A program made the translations under genes and the position numbers. From contig JAKOXV010000013.1 in the NCBI GenBank assembly GCA_029780855.1, forward strand, positions 28,873 to 92,872: a stretch of DNA of 64,000 nucleotides, written 5' to 3'. Positions 52,448-60,981 of this stretch are shown one piece after another. A model generated the notes under the pieces. It was given only the letters and a program-made list of their open reading frames with translations, ran no database searches and had not been told where the DNA came from. Source of the DNA: a bacterium. Its GTDB lineage: Bacteria; Patescibacteriota; Saccharimonadia; Saccharimonadales; JAUPVS01. Each line of letters opens with the position of its first letter. The first letter of the stretch is position 1.

Positions 52448-54795
52448 CTACTACGCATGAGAACCCTGGTGTATATATCGTTATCGAGGGCACAGATGGA
52501 TCCGGCAAAGGTACACAGTTTAAACTTCTAGCGGATAGGCTAGCTAATGAAGGATATGATGTTGCAGTGTTCGATTTTCCGCAGTATGATCAGCCATCAA
52601 GCTACTTTGTTAAAGAGTACTTAAATGGTAACTACGGAACAGGAGAGGAAGTTGGGCCATACACTGCTTCACTGTTTTTTGCACTTGACCGGTATCAAGC
52701 TGCTCCTGCAATTCGGCAAGCCGTAAATGACGGTAAGATTGTTCTTGCAAATAGGTTTGTTGGCTCAAGTATGGCGCATCAAGGAACGAAGTTTCATCAT
52801 TCAGAAGAGCGCCGCGGATTTTACATTTGGCTGGATAATTTAGAGTTTCAGATGCTCGGTATTCCAAGGCCAGATAAAAGCTACGTCTTAAAGGTACCTG
52901 CAGAAATTGCACAAAAATTAGTTGATAAAAAGGAAAAACGATCTTACACCGATAAAAAACGAGATATTCATGAAGCAGATCTTACCCACATGCGTCGATC
53001 GGTTGAGATCTATGATGAAATGTGTTCGTTATTTCCAAAAGATTTTAAAGCAATTAACTGCGTTTCAAACGGTCAATTGCTTAGCATAGAAGCGGTAGAA
53101 GAGCTACTTTGGAAGGAAATCTCTACGTTATTACCACGCAAACAACCTAAGAAACAGGGGAGTGTTCACATGGAAAAAATACCAACTAACCCGTACATCA
53201 CACAACAAGGTGAAGGATGGGAAATCACAGAGACCGGTCGGGAATTTTTGGAGCAAGCCGTAACCGATACAGAAGGAAATGTATATTCATTCACTGGCGA
53301 AAAGATAGGGCCTTTGATGGTAGCCGCCGCTATGGCACGGTTGAGCCGACGAGGTGACGATATGCGCGTAACTATTCTTGATGAGTTTGCAACAGACGAA
53401 AAAGAGGGCAAAGATGAGCAGCTGATACACCGTGTTGTTTCGGCATACGGTGATGACTCAGTACAGCAGCTAGTGGGCAATCACGTCGTTGTAGAAGGAG
53501 CAAGCAACCTTCTTACTAAGCAGCTTGAGTGGGGTCGATTAGCCGCCTATCTTGAACAATCTACCCGGTACATATACTTTGACCAGAAAGACGAAACTGG
53601 TAAATACAAGTACTTCACGCCTGAAAACTTTGATTCTGAAACAACACAATCGTTTAACGAAGCTATGGATCGTATATTTGGGCTGTATTCGGGCATGGTT
53701 CGTAGTCTTACCGAGTACATTCGGCAAAACGATTCTACACCACAAGAAGAGCGGGATGGCGCTTGGAAGGGTGCTACAAGAGCACAAGCTTGTGATGCGA
53801 TACGACCGGTATTACCAGTCTCTACCAAATCTACTGTGGGAATATTTGCAAGTGGGCAAGCGCTTGAATCTATGATTATGCGCCTAATGTCCAGCGACAG
53901 CGAAGAAGCCCGGACGACCGGAGAGAAAATACTACAGGAATCTCGTAAAGTAATACCAGCGTTCCTTGAAAGAGCAGATAAACCCGATCGCGGTGGTGCT
54001 ACGATGGCCTATCTTGCCAACACTCGTCAAAATGTTGCAGAGCTTTCGCAAACACACCTGCCAGAAACGTATAGCGCTGAAACAGAACCAGTAACACTGG
54101 TCCACCACTGGCCAAATAATGAACTGGATTTAGTGCCGCACATGTTGTATGAATCTAGTAACCTTTCAATTAAAGAAATAGCCCAAGAGGTGAGTACATG
54201 GCCAATAGAACGCAAAATGGAAGTTTTTGATGCGTACATCGGCGAACGATTGAACCGCCGTCACCGCCCTGGCCGAGCCCTTGAGCAAGCACACTATACA
54301 TGGGATCTAGTGTGTGATTACGGCATATTCCGTGACCTTCAGCGTCACCGCATGGTTGATGATTTAGAGTGGCAGGCACTTAGTCCGCGTTACGGTTACG
54401 AGGTTCCTGAAATCGTAGAAGAGGCCGGATTAACCGAACAGTTTGAAGCCTGTTTTGATTTGTCTGCTGAACTGTATAGCTACCTGCAGTCAAGAGGGTA
54501 TACCTATGAAGCTCAGTATGCCACACTACTTGGACATAAAATGCGCTGGACTGTCACCTATAACGCCCGCGAAGCATTTCACCTACACGAACTTCGTACC
54601 TCACCTCAAGGGCATCCTGGTTACCGCAAGCTGGTACAACAGATGCATGAGAGGCTAGCAGAAGTTCACCCTACCATCGCTAATGCCATGATTTTTGTTA
54701 ATAAGGGAGAAGATCCAGAACTTACCCGCTTAGCAGCAGAGCGATATACCCAATTTAAATTGGAACAGATAGAGCAACAGGAAACGCCCAATTAG
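52444..54795 (+). CDS. Fusion protein: thymidylate kinase (N-terminal ~230 aa) + tandem flavin-dependent thymidylate synthase ThyX domains
   Basis: The Tmk P-loop is IVIEGTDGSGKGTQ. The first ThyX-like repeat is degenerate (EWGRLAAYLEQSTRY). The second carries the signature (FRDLQRHRMVDDLEWQALSPRY; YNAREAFHLHELRTSPQGH). ATGA overlap with dcd. Confidence 0.85.
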   Translation: MTTTHENPGVYIVIEGTDGSGKGTQFKLLADRLANEGYDVAVFDFPQYDQPSSYFVKEYLNGNYGTGEEVGPYTASLFFALDRYQAAPAIRQAVNDGKIVLANRFVGSSMAHQGTKFHHSEERRGFYIWLDNLEFQMLGIPRPDKSYVLKVPAEIAQKLVDKKEKRSYTDKKRDIHEADLTHMRRSVEIYDEMCSLFPKDFKAINCVSNGQLLSIEAVEELLWKEISTLLPRKQPKKQGSVHMEKIPTNPYITQQGEGWEITETGREFLEQAVTDTEGNVYSFTGEKIGPLMVAAAMARLSRRGDDMRVTILDEFATDEKEGKDEQLIHRVVSAYGDDSVQQLVGNHVVVEGASNLLTKQLEWGRLAAYLEQSTRYIYFDQKDETGKYKYFTPENFDSETTQSFNEAMDRIFGLYSGMVRSLTEYIRQNDSTPQEERDGAWKGATRAQACDAIRPVLPVSTKSTVGIFASGQALESMIMRLMSSDSEEARTTGEKILQESRKVIPAFLERADKPDRGGATMAYLANTRQNVAELSQTHLPETYSAETEPVTLVHHWPNNELDLVPHMLYESSNLSIKEIAQEVSTWPIERKMEVFDAYIGERLNRRHRPGRALEQAHYTWDLVCDYGIFRDLQRHRMVDDLEWQALSPRYGYEVPEIVEEAGLTEQFEACFDLSAELYSYLQSRGYTYEAQYATLLGHKMRWTVTYNAREAFHLHELRTSPQGHPGYRKLVQQMHERLAEVHPTIANAMIFVNKGEDPELTRLAAERYTQFKLEQIEQQETPN

Positions 54796-54827
54796 GTGAG
54801 AGCTGAAACAAACGGACTATAATCTCG

Positions 54828-55247
54828 CTATGTCGAAGTTTTTCTATAACAATCCAGTAGGTCGAGGAGTGTAAGCGTAAAAGCTCGAGGAGCTCTAGAT
54901 ATCTGTTGTAGCTTTAGCCGGTCAGCCACTTCGTCTGTTAAGTAGGCGTTGAAGCGTTCTTGAATATCCTCCATGCATTCAATTGAAGACCCTAACAAAA
55001 GTTCCGCCTCTACTTTGAGTATCCGGCTAGCATTGTTGTTGGCACTGTGCATATTAGACGGAGATTCAAAATGCACCCTCTGTAGAGCATTTAAGTATGT
55101 AGTTGCAGTATGAGAATATGACTGTTCCGAACTTACTGGATTATGAAGTTCTTCTTTGAAAACTTCTCTTGCCATAGCTAACTCAATCCCAGCCATCTCC
55201 TGGGTATCCTTACCGAATTGACTTTCTAGATCCGTTAATACGCTCAT
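54828..55247 (-). CDS. Hypothetical 139-aa helical protein
   Basis: I chose ATG 55247 because AGGAG lies 5 nt upstream; the track start at 55370 has no SD. No recognisable family. Confidence 0.45.
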   Translation of the reverse strand: MSVLTDLESQFGKDTQEMAGIELAMAREVFKEELHNPVSSEQSYSHTATTYLNALQRVHFESPSNMHSANNNASRILKVEAELLLGSSIECMEDIQERFNAYLTDEVADRLKLQQISRAPRAFTLTLLDLLDCYRKTST

Positions 55248-55476
55248 TGCGTCTCCTAGTAAAAAACCGGCCTCTTTTCGGGAGTCCGGTTTTGATTTCC
55301 AAATTCTGTTTCGCAAAACGAACTCCAAACAATTTACGCCATAATGAGCACGAGGCCGTACTGGCGGCATACATGCTTGGCGAAAACTATTTGGATACTT
55401 GTTGCTTTCACGTAAATCAATGTATACCTACGGTAAACCCTTGTCAACTTTAAAAAAAGGAGTACGCTATGTTCAT

Positions 55477-55557
55477 ATGAAACGTTTTAACCGTGTAAGC
55501 ACACTAGGACTCCTCCTCGGCCTTTCTGGGCTGTGCTTTAGCACGGTTGAAGCCTGA
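55477..55557 (+). CDS. Candidate 26-codon Leu-rich leader/small hydrophobic peptide MKRFNRVSTLGLLLGLSGLCFSTVEA, coupled to a 3-codon mini-ORF (55469-55480)
   Basis: Not in the ORF track. SD AAGGAG at 55457-55462 serves ATG 55469 (M-F-I-stop). Its TGA overlaps ATG 55477 (ATATGA). Confidence 0.35.
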   Translation: MKRFNRVSTLGLLLGLSGLCFSTVEA

Positions 55558-55614
55558 GCGTTACACGCATCTCGCACAGCCCAAATATACAGAAATCAGG
55601 CTTCACCGAAGCCT
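55527..55614 (+). promoter_or_regulatory. Mutually exclusive helices around the end of the 26-codon ORF
   Basis: There are three competing helices: 10 bp between 55527-55536 and 55574-55583; 9 bp between gaagcctga (55549-55557) and tcaggcttc (55596-55604); 7 bp between aggcttc (55598-55604) and gaagcct (55608-55614), followed by atttaaatt. Confidence 0.35.
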
Positions 55615-55637
55615 ATTTAAATTATTGGAGAAACGTA

Positions 55638-55889
55638 ATGGTATATTTTGATATTGAAAGAATGGAACCAGTACCATTTGGTCAGGTTGCAGAACAGGTG
55701 TACTTTAACCGTGGGGGCTACTCAGAAGAGGTACGACAAAAAGTGTTTGAACGAGTGGCAAGGGTCGGTTGCGCACTAGGACGTGAAGCTATGATCCGAT
55801 ATGTACACGATGGAGAAGTAGGTGGTCAATTTATGGCCTTTCCCAAAAACCCTCCGGAAGTTCATGATCCAATCGCCATGGGCGTGTAG
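55638..55889 (+). CDS. Hypothetical 83-aa protein
   Basis: SD ggag lies 8 nt upstream. No recognisable family. Confidence 0.45.
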   Translation: MVYFDIERMEPVPFGQVAEQVYFNRGGYSEEVRQKVFERVARVGCALGREAMIRYVHDGEVGGQFMAFPKNPPEVHDPIAMGV

Positions 55890-56028
55890 TAGTTGACAAA
55901 CGCCCAACCGAAGCGCAAGCTGGAAGCATGACTCGAACAGTAATTATCGTTAAGGTAATTATTTCCTCCGCATAGCGAGGTTATTTGGGTCGTTGGAACA
56001 ACAAAACAAGCACACGAACAGTCCTCGC

Positions 56029-56047
56029 AAACAGCGGGGGCTGTTTT
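56029..56047 (+). terminator. Weak terminator-like hairpin (aacagc-gggg-gctgtttt)
   Basis: A 6-bp stem with a short T-run. Confidence 0.3.
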
Positions 56048-56064
56048 AAATATAAGGAGAAAAT

Positions 56065-56250
56065 ATGACAGTGAAACAATTACAGCTTAATTCTATACCA
56101 GAACTGCGAGCTCAAATATCACAAACAGAAGCAGAACAAGATGAAAGTCTAAAAGAATACGTTGCTCAAACAGCTGGCGAACTAGCACTGCGGCAAACAT
56201 CGACGTATCCTGATTTCTCAAAACTATTCTATTTGGGTGAAGGCGCTTAG
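56065..56250 (+). CDS. Hypothetical 61-aa protein
   Basis: A strong SD (aaggag) lies 7 nt upstream. The protein is helical and acidic with no recognisable family. Confidence 0.45.
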   Translation: MTVKQLQLNSIPELRAQISQTEAEQDESLKEYVAQTAGELALRQTSTYPDFSKLFYLGEGA

Positions 56251-56279
56251 TTGACACTAGCTCTATAATCTAGTAAAAT
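56251..56279 (+). promoter_or_regulatory. Putative rplJL promoter (TTGACA-17-TAAAAT)
   Basis: Perfect -35 hexamer at 56251-56256, a 17-nt spacer, and the -10 at 56274-56279. Confidence 0.5.
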
Positions 56280-56362
56280 CTTCTCTGTTACCAAAGACAG
56301 TGACTGGAATGATTCCTTAATTTGTCACCGAGGTGCAAATGAATGTATTTGTATTTTGAACT

Positions 56363-56391
56363 AGTCTTTGGAGAAGTCCGAAGACTTTTTT
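56363..56391 (+). terminator. Intrinsic terminator inside the rplJ 5' leader (L10-leader-type attenuator)
   Basis: A 9-bp stem agtctttgg / ccgaagact (one G-U) with a 6-nt loop and a T5-6 run, located 60 nt before the rplJ ATG. Confidence 0.55.
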
Positions 56392-56451
56392 GATGGTAAC
56401 ACTCCTTTAACAATTAGGTCGATATAATAGTAAGTAAAGGAACCAAACTTT

Positions 56452-56976
56452 ATGGCTTTAACAAAAGATCAGAAGCATGAAGTTGTCGGTGATATTAGCG
56501 AACTCCTCAGCAACTCGCGAATGACTGTTGTGGCCGAATACAAGGGCACGCCAGTCAAAGCAATGCAGGAACTCCGCCGTCAGTCCCGCGAAAACGGAAC
56601 ATCCATAAAAGTTGTCAAAAACCGCTTGGTTATCAAGGCCCTGCAGCAAAACGACACTTTTAAAGATGTTGATGTCAGCGGATTAAACGGTATGCTCTTG
56701 TATGCATTCAACAGTGAAGATGAGGTAGCTCCAGCGCAAGCTCTGGCTACATTCGCCAAAAAGCAACCAACAATTCAGTTTGTTGGAGCATTTTCTTCTG
56801 AAGGCGCATTTTTAAACGCAGACGAAGTAAAATCACTTGCAACCTTGCCAAGCAAGAACCAGCTTATTGCTGGCGTTATTAATACCCTTAACTCACCAGT
56901 ACGTGGTGTGGTAAGTGGCTTAAGTGGTAACCTACACGGCCTATTACAGGCTCTGGAAGCCAAAGCAAACGGATAA
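56452..56976 (+). CDS. rplJ: 50S ribosomal protein L10 (uL10)
   Basis: 174 aa with typical uL10 sequence. Confidence 0.96.
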   Translation: MALTKDQKHEVVGDISELLSNSRMTVVAEYKGTPVKAMQELRRQSRENGTSIKVVKNRLVIKALQQNDTFKDVDVSGLNGMLLYAFNSEDEVAPAQALATFAKKQPTIQFVGAFSSEGAFLNADEVKSLATLPSKNQLIAGVINTLNSPVRGVVSGLSGNLHGLLQALEAKANG

Positions 56977-56990
56977 GAAAGGAAGAAAAC

Positions 56991-57374
56991 ATGGCAGATT
57001 TAAAGAAACTAGCCGAAGAACTTGTGAATCTAAGCGTTCTAGAAGTTAACGAACTCGGTACCATTCTTAAGGATGAATACGGGATCGAACCAGCAGCAGC
57101 CGCAGCAGTAGTTGCAGCAGCTCCAGCTGGTGGTGAAGGTGGTGATGCAGCAGCAGAAGAGAAGAGCGAATATGACGTTGTTCTAAAAGACGCTGGTGCG
57201 CAAAAGGTTGCCGTTATCAAGGCTGTTAAGGACCTAACCGGTCTTGGTCTTGGTGAAGCAAAGGCAATCGTTGATGGTGCTCCAAAAACTGTGCTTGAAA
57301 AAGCAAAGAAAGAAGACGCCGAAAATGCCAAGAAAGCTTTGGAAGAAGCTGGCGCAACCGTCGAACTCGCATAA
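56991..57374 (+). CDS. rplL: 50S ribosomal protein L7/L12 (bL12)
   Basis: 127 aa with an Ala-rich hinge and a C-terminal domain ([24 protein letters not shown]). Confidence 0.97.
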   Translation: MADLKKLAEELVNLSVLEVNELGTILKDEYGIEPAAAAAVVAAAPAGGEGGDAAAEEKSEYDVVLKDAGAQKVAVIKAVKDLTGLGLGEAKAIVDGAPKTVLEKAKKEDAENAKKALEEAGATVELA

Positions 57375-57390
57375 TCAGTGGGTTGACACT

Positions 57391-57425
57391 AAAAAGACTC
57401 GGAGTAACTACCGAGTCTTTTTTTA
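57391..57425 (+). terminator. Rho-independent terminator after rplL
   Basis: Perfect 9-bp stem aagactcgg / ccgagtctt with an 8-nt loop and a T7 run. Confidence 0.8.
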
Positions 57426-57530
57426 TCCACAGTTTTATTATGCTTTTTTTGACTTGACTAACAAAACATGATAGGTTGTGGGTAAAGTGTATCTAAACAA
57501 ACACTTAGCAGTATAAGCAGAGACACTAAC

Positions 57531-58040
57531 ATGGCAGAAATAGCAGACAAACAGATCAAACGCTTACGAGCTTTGATCCAAGAGGCGGAAACTAACTTAG
57601 CGGCAGCGAAAGAGCTGCTTGTTAGTGTTGTTGGTGAAGATACCGCGGCCGTAGCAAGTGTTAAAGAAGAAAACCTCGGTAAAGTCATTGAAGGCGTCTT
57701 TGACGGTCAAAATATGGTTGGTTCAGACGGTAAAACCTATCCCGTACCGGCAAACTATGCTTCTAAGTCAAAACTAGTTCAAGGTGATATTTTAAAGCTT
57801 ACTATTGGTGATGATGGCGCATTTATGTATAAGCAGATCGGGCCAATACCACGCAAACAGCTAGTGGGCGTGCTAGAGCAAAAAGATGGCCACTACTTTG
57901 TTAAAGTGGCCGACCATGAATACCGAGTATTACTGGCAAGTGTTACCTACTTCAAGGCCAAGCCAGGCGACCAAGTAAGCGTTAACGTTCCTGAAGAGGA
58001 AGAAAACGCTGAATGGGCTGCATTAGAAGCAGCGCTCTAA
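57531..58040 (+). CDS. Hypothetical 169-aa protein (coiled-coil N-terminus, beta-rich C-terminal domain)
   Basis: The ORF has a weak SD and no recognisable family. Confidence 0.5.
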   Translation: MAEIADKQIKRLRALIQEAETNLAAAKELLVSVVGEDTAAVASVKEENLGKVIEGVFDGQNMVGSDGKTYPVPANYASKSKLVQGDILKLTIGDDGAFMYKQIGPIPRKQLVGVLEQKDGHYFVKVADHEYRVLLASVTYFKAKPGDQVSVNVPEEEENAEWAALEAAL

Positions 58041-58107
58041 GTCCCTAAGCTCAAACTACATAAACACAACAGAATACAGGGCTCTATTGCTTTATAATGA
58101 AGGCATT

Positions 58108-59586
58108 ATGGGGCAAGCGTTATATCGAAAATATCGTTCTAAAAGTCTTTCTGAAATCGTTGGCCAAGAACATATCAAAAAAACCCTCGCCAATGCTCTA
58201 AAAAACGGGACCATTAGCCATGCGTACCTTTTTACGGGGCCAAGGGGGGTTGGAAAAACTAGTATTGCTCGAATTTTGGCGTATGAGGTAAACGGGATCC
58301 CCTATGACGAATCCAACCCCGCTATAGACATAATCGAAATAGATGCCGCTAGTAACCGTAGAATAGATGAGATTAGAGATCTTCGAGATAAGGTACACAT
58401 TGCTCCGGCTTATGCAAAGTATAAGGTGTACATAATTGACGAAGTGCACATGCTAACAAAAGAAGCTTTTAATGCGCTACTTAAAACGCTTGAAGAACCT
58501 CCAGCACATGCCATTTTTATACTCGCCACAACCGAAGTACATAAACTGCCTGACACTATCATAAGCCGAACACAGAGATTCACGTTTAAACCTGTTGACC
58601 AGGAAAAAACTGTTGCCCATCTTTCAAATATAGCCAAGAAAGAACATATCTCTATAGATCAGGAGGCTCTGGAACTGATTGCAGAACATGGCGAAGGAAG
58701 CTTTAGAGATAGTATTAGTTTGCTCGATCAGGCGAGTAATATCAGGGACACAATATCTGCTGAAGATATCCGCACCATGCTGGGTGTTGCTCCGCTTACT
58801 GCAATTGAACAACTCCTCGATTCTACGAAAACTTCGCACACCGCTGATGTTGCCAAACAGCTATCTCAACTTAAAGAGGCCGGTTACGAAGCGGCACAAA
58901 TTGCTAAACAGCTTTCTGCTTTACTGCGCACAAGGCTGTTAGACAGTTCCGCTACAGACGCACTATGGTTGATGAAGTTGCTCGGGGATCTTCTGGAAGT
59001 TCCCACCAAAAACGACCAAACAACATTTTTGGAACTTACGTTATTGGAAGCTAATTTACGCGCCGCCAGCAAACCCCAGCCTGAAACACATGAACCCGTC
59101 AAACAATCAAAAGAACTGCCCGAGAAGCCGAAAAATATCACACCAAAACCAAAAGAAGTTAAGCAATCACCAACGACTGTTGAACCTGCGCCGTCAATTA
59201 GCGCCCCCGTTACTGATATTATGCATGCCTGGGATGCATTGCTTGACGAAATAAAAGTGAAGTACAACACGTTGTACGGCGTACTAAAAATGGGTGTTCC
59301 GAAAATGGATGAAAGCAATACGATAATCTGCACTTTTCGCTTCGCTTTCCATCAGAAGAGAATTAACGAACCTAAAAACAAGAAATTGATCCATGATATC
59401 TTAGCAAAGCAATTTGGTATGCCAGTGCAACTATCATGTGTCGTTGATAGCAAGCCACCAGAAGAATTAACAGAACAAGGCCTACCTGTTATTAGACAGG
59501 ACGAACAAGAAAACAAACCATTAACCGCCGCCGATGTTGACACCATAAGCAATATTTTTGGTGGCGCAGAAGTGATAGAATCGTAA
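58108..59586 (+). CDS. dnaX: DNA polymerase III subunit gamma/tau
   Basis: ATG 58108; the track start TTG 58087 is less likely. Motifs: Walker A GPRGVGKTS, Walker B IIDEVHML, sensor SRTQRF. Confidence 0.93.
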   Translation: MGQALYRKYRSKSLSEIVGQEHIKKTLANALKNGTISHAYLFTGPRGVGKTSIARILAYEVNGIPYDESNPAIDIIEIDAASNRRIDEIRDLRDKVHIAPAYAKYKVYIIDEVHMLTKEAFNALLKTLEEPPAHAIFILATTEVHKLPDTIISRTQRFTFKPVDQEKTVAHLSNIAKKEHISIDQEALELIAEHGEGSFRDSISLLDQASNIRDTISAEDIRTMLGVAPLTAIEQLLDSTKTSHTADVAKQLSQLKEAGYEAAQIAKQLSALLRTRLLDSSATDALWLMKLLGDLLEVPTKNDQTTFLELTLLEANLRAASKPQPETHEPVKQSKELPEKPKNITPKPKEVKQSPTTVEPAPSISAPVTDIMHAWDALLDEIKVKYNTLYGVLKMGVPKMDESNTIICTFRFAFHQKRINEPKNKKLIHDILAKQFGMPVQLSCVVDSKPPEELTEQGLPVIRQDEQENKPLTAADVDTISNIFGGAEVIES

Positions 59587-59591
59587 ATACT

Positions 59592-60947
59592 ATGGCCGAC
59601 GGAGCAAAAATCCCACCTCAGAACAGCGAGGCTGAAGCAAGTCTGCTCGGCGCAATACTTATTGATAGTGATGCGCTGGTCAAAATTGCCGATATTATCA
59701 CTGTGGAAGATTTTTATGAAGATCGTCATCAGCGAATATTTGAGGCAATATCTACACTGTACGAACGTCGCAGTCCAGTTGACGTACTCACAATTTCGGA
59801 TCAGTTAAAAGCACTTGGTTTTCTAGAAGCTGTAGGCGGCGCTGCATATCTAACGGAACTAACTAATTTTGTACCAACTGCTGCTCACGTTGAACAGTAT
59901 GCTGAAATCGTTTCACAAAAAGCCCTTAGAAGAAGACTCATCCGAACTTCTCAAGATATAGTAGGTCTTGGCTACGATGAAGCAAAAAATCTTCAAGAAC
60001 TAATTGAAGAAGCAGAGTCCAAACTGTTCGAAGTTAGCCAGAAACATGTTAAGCAAGACATTGCTAGCATAGAGAACATCCTAGCAGATAGTTTTGAAAG
60101 ATTAGATGAGCTCCATAAAGATAAGGGAAAGCTCCGAGGAATACCGACCGGGTTTAAAGATTTAGATGCGATGCTCGCCGGTCTACAGCGATCCGATCTC
60201 TTTATAATTGCTGCTCGTCCATCTATGGGTAAGACAGCCTTCGTTCTTAATCTTGCTCACAATGTTGCCGTGAAAGCTGAGCAGCCGGTGCTGATTTTTA
60301 GCCTTGAAATGGGTAAGGAGCAACTCGTTGACCGAATGCTTGCTCGTGAATCAGGTGTTGATGCATGGGCTCTGCGTACCGGTAATCTGACGGATGCAGA
60401 CTTTGAAAAGATTGGCCACGCTATGGGCACGCTTAGTGAAGCAAAAATCTACATTGACGACACGCCTGGAATTACGGTTAGCGACTTGCGGACCAAAGCC
60501 AGAAGGGAAGCGCATCAACATCAGCTTGGCTTGATAATCGTCGACTATCTCCAGCTCATGAGTGGTGGCAGTAGGTTTAGTGGTGATGGAAATCGCGTAC
60601 AAGAAATTTCTGAAATATCACGTGGCCTAAAGGGCATAGCTAGGGAGCTCAATGTTCCGCTTATCGCTCTGAGCCAGTTGAGTAGGTCGGTGGAAAGTAG
60701 AACGCCCCCACATCCTCAACTTGCCGATTTACGTGAATCAGGATCGATCGAACAGGATGCTGACGTGGTTGCATTTCTATACCGCGAAGACTACTATAAC
60801 CCTGAAACCGACCGGAAAAATATCATGGACATTATGATCAAAAAGCACCGCAATGGTCCTGTAGGAAATGTAGAGCTTTACTTTGATCGAGAAAAGCAAC
60901 GTATTAGTTCACTCGACACCAAGCATTCGCAGCCATTCAACGATTAA
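59592..60947 (+). CDS. dnaB: Replicative DNA helicase DnaB
   Basis: 451 aa with Walker A ARPSMGKTAF, then IIVDYLQLM, and a RecA-like C-terminal domain. The length rules out an intein. Confidence 0.96.
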   Translation: MADGAKIPPQNSEAEASLLGAILIDSDALVKIADIITVEDFYEDRHQRIFEAISTLYERRSPVDVLTISDQLKALGFLEAVGGAAYLTELTNFVPTAAHVEQYAEIVSQKALRRRLIRTSQDIVGLGYDEAKNLQELIEEAESKLFEVSQKHVKQDIASIENILADSFERLDELHKDKGKLRGIPTGFKDLDAMLAGLQRSDLFIIAARPSMGKTAFVLNLAHNVAVKAEQPVLIFSLEMGKEQLVDRMLARESGVDAWALRTGNLTDADFEKIGHAMGTLSEAKIYIDDTPGITVSDLRTKARREAHQHQLGLIIVDYLQLMSGGSRFSGDGNRVQEISEISRGLKGIARELNVPLIALSQLSRSVESRTPPHPQLADLRESGSIEQDADVVAFLYREDYYNPETDRKNIMDIMIKKHRNGPVGNVELYFDREKQRISSLDTKHSQPFND

Positions 60948-60964
60948 TACGCATAAGCATTTAA

Positions 60965-60973
60965 TGGTATACT
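60965..60973 (+). promoter_or_regulatory. Extended -10 element (TGgTATACT) 8 nt before ATG 60982
   Basis: No SD lies between the element and the start codon, giving a leaderless-type layout. Confidence 0.4.
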
Positions 60974-60981
60974 ATCAATAA

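Noticed and set aside
57423-57431. Perfect DnaA-box consensus TTATCCACA after the rplL terminator; a second, reverse-complement copy (TGTGGATAA) lies at 63447-63455 inside the DHH gene
   Set aside because: There are two isolated 9-mers 6 kb apart, against about 0.5 expected by chance in 128 kb of two-strand sequence. There is no cluster, no AT-rich unwinding element and no dnaA nearby. This is not an origin.
58165-58185. A-run (atcaaaaaaacc) in dnaX as a possible programmed -1 frameshift site producing gamma
   Set aside because: It lies at about codon 22, far upstream of where the tau/gamma frameshift occurs. There is no downstream stem-loop and no A AAA AAG heptamer in the proper region.
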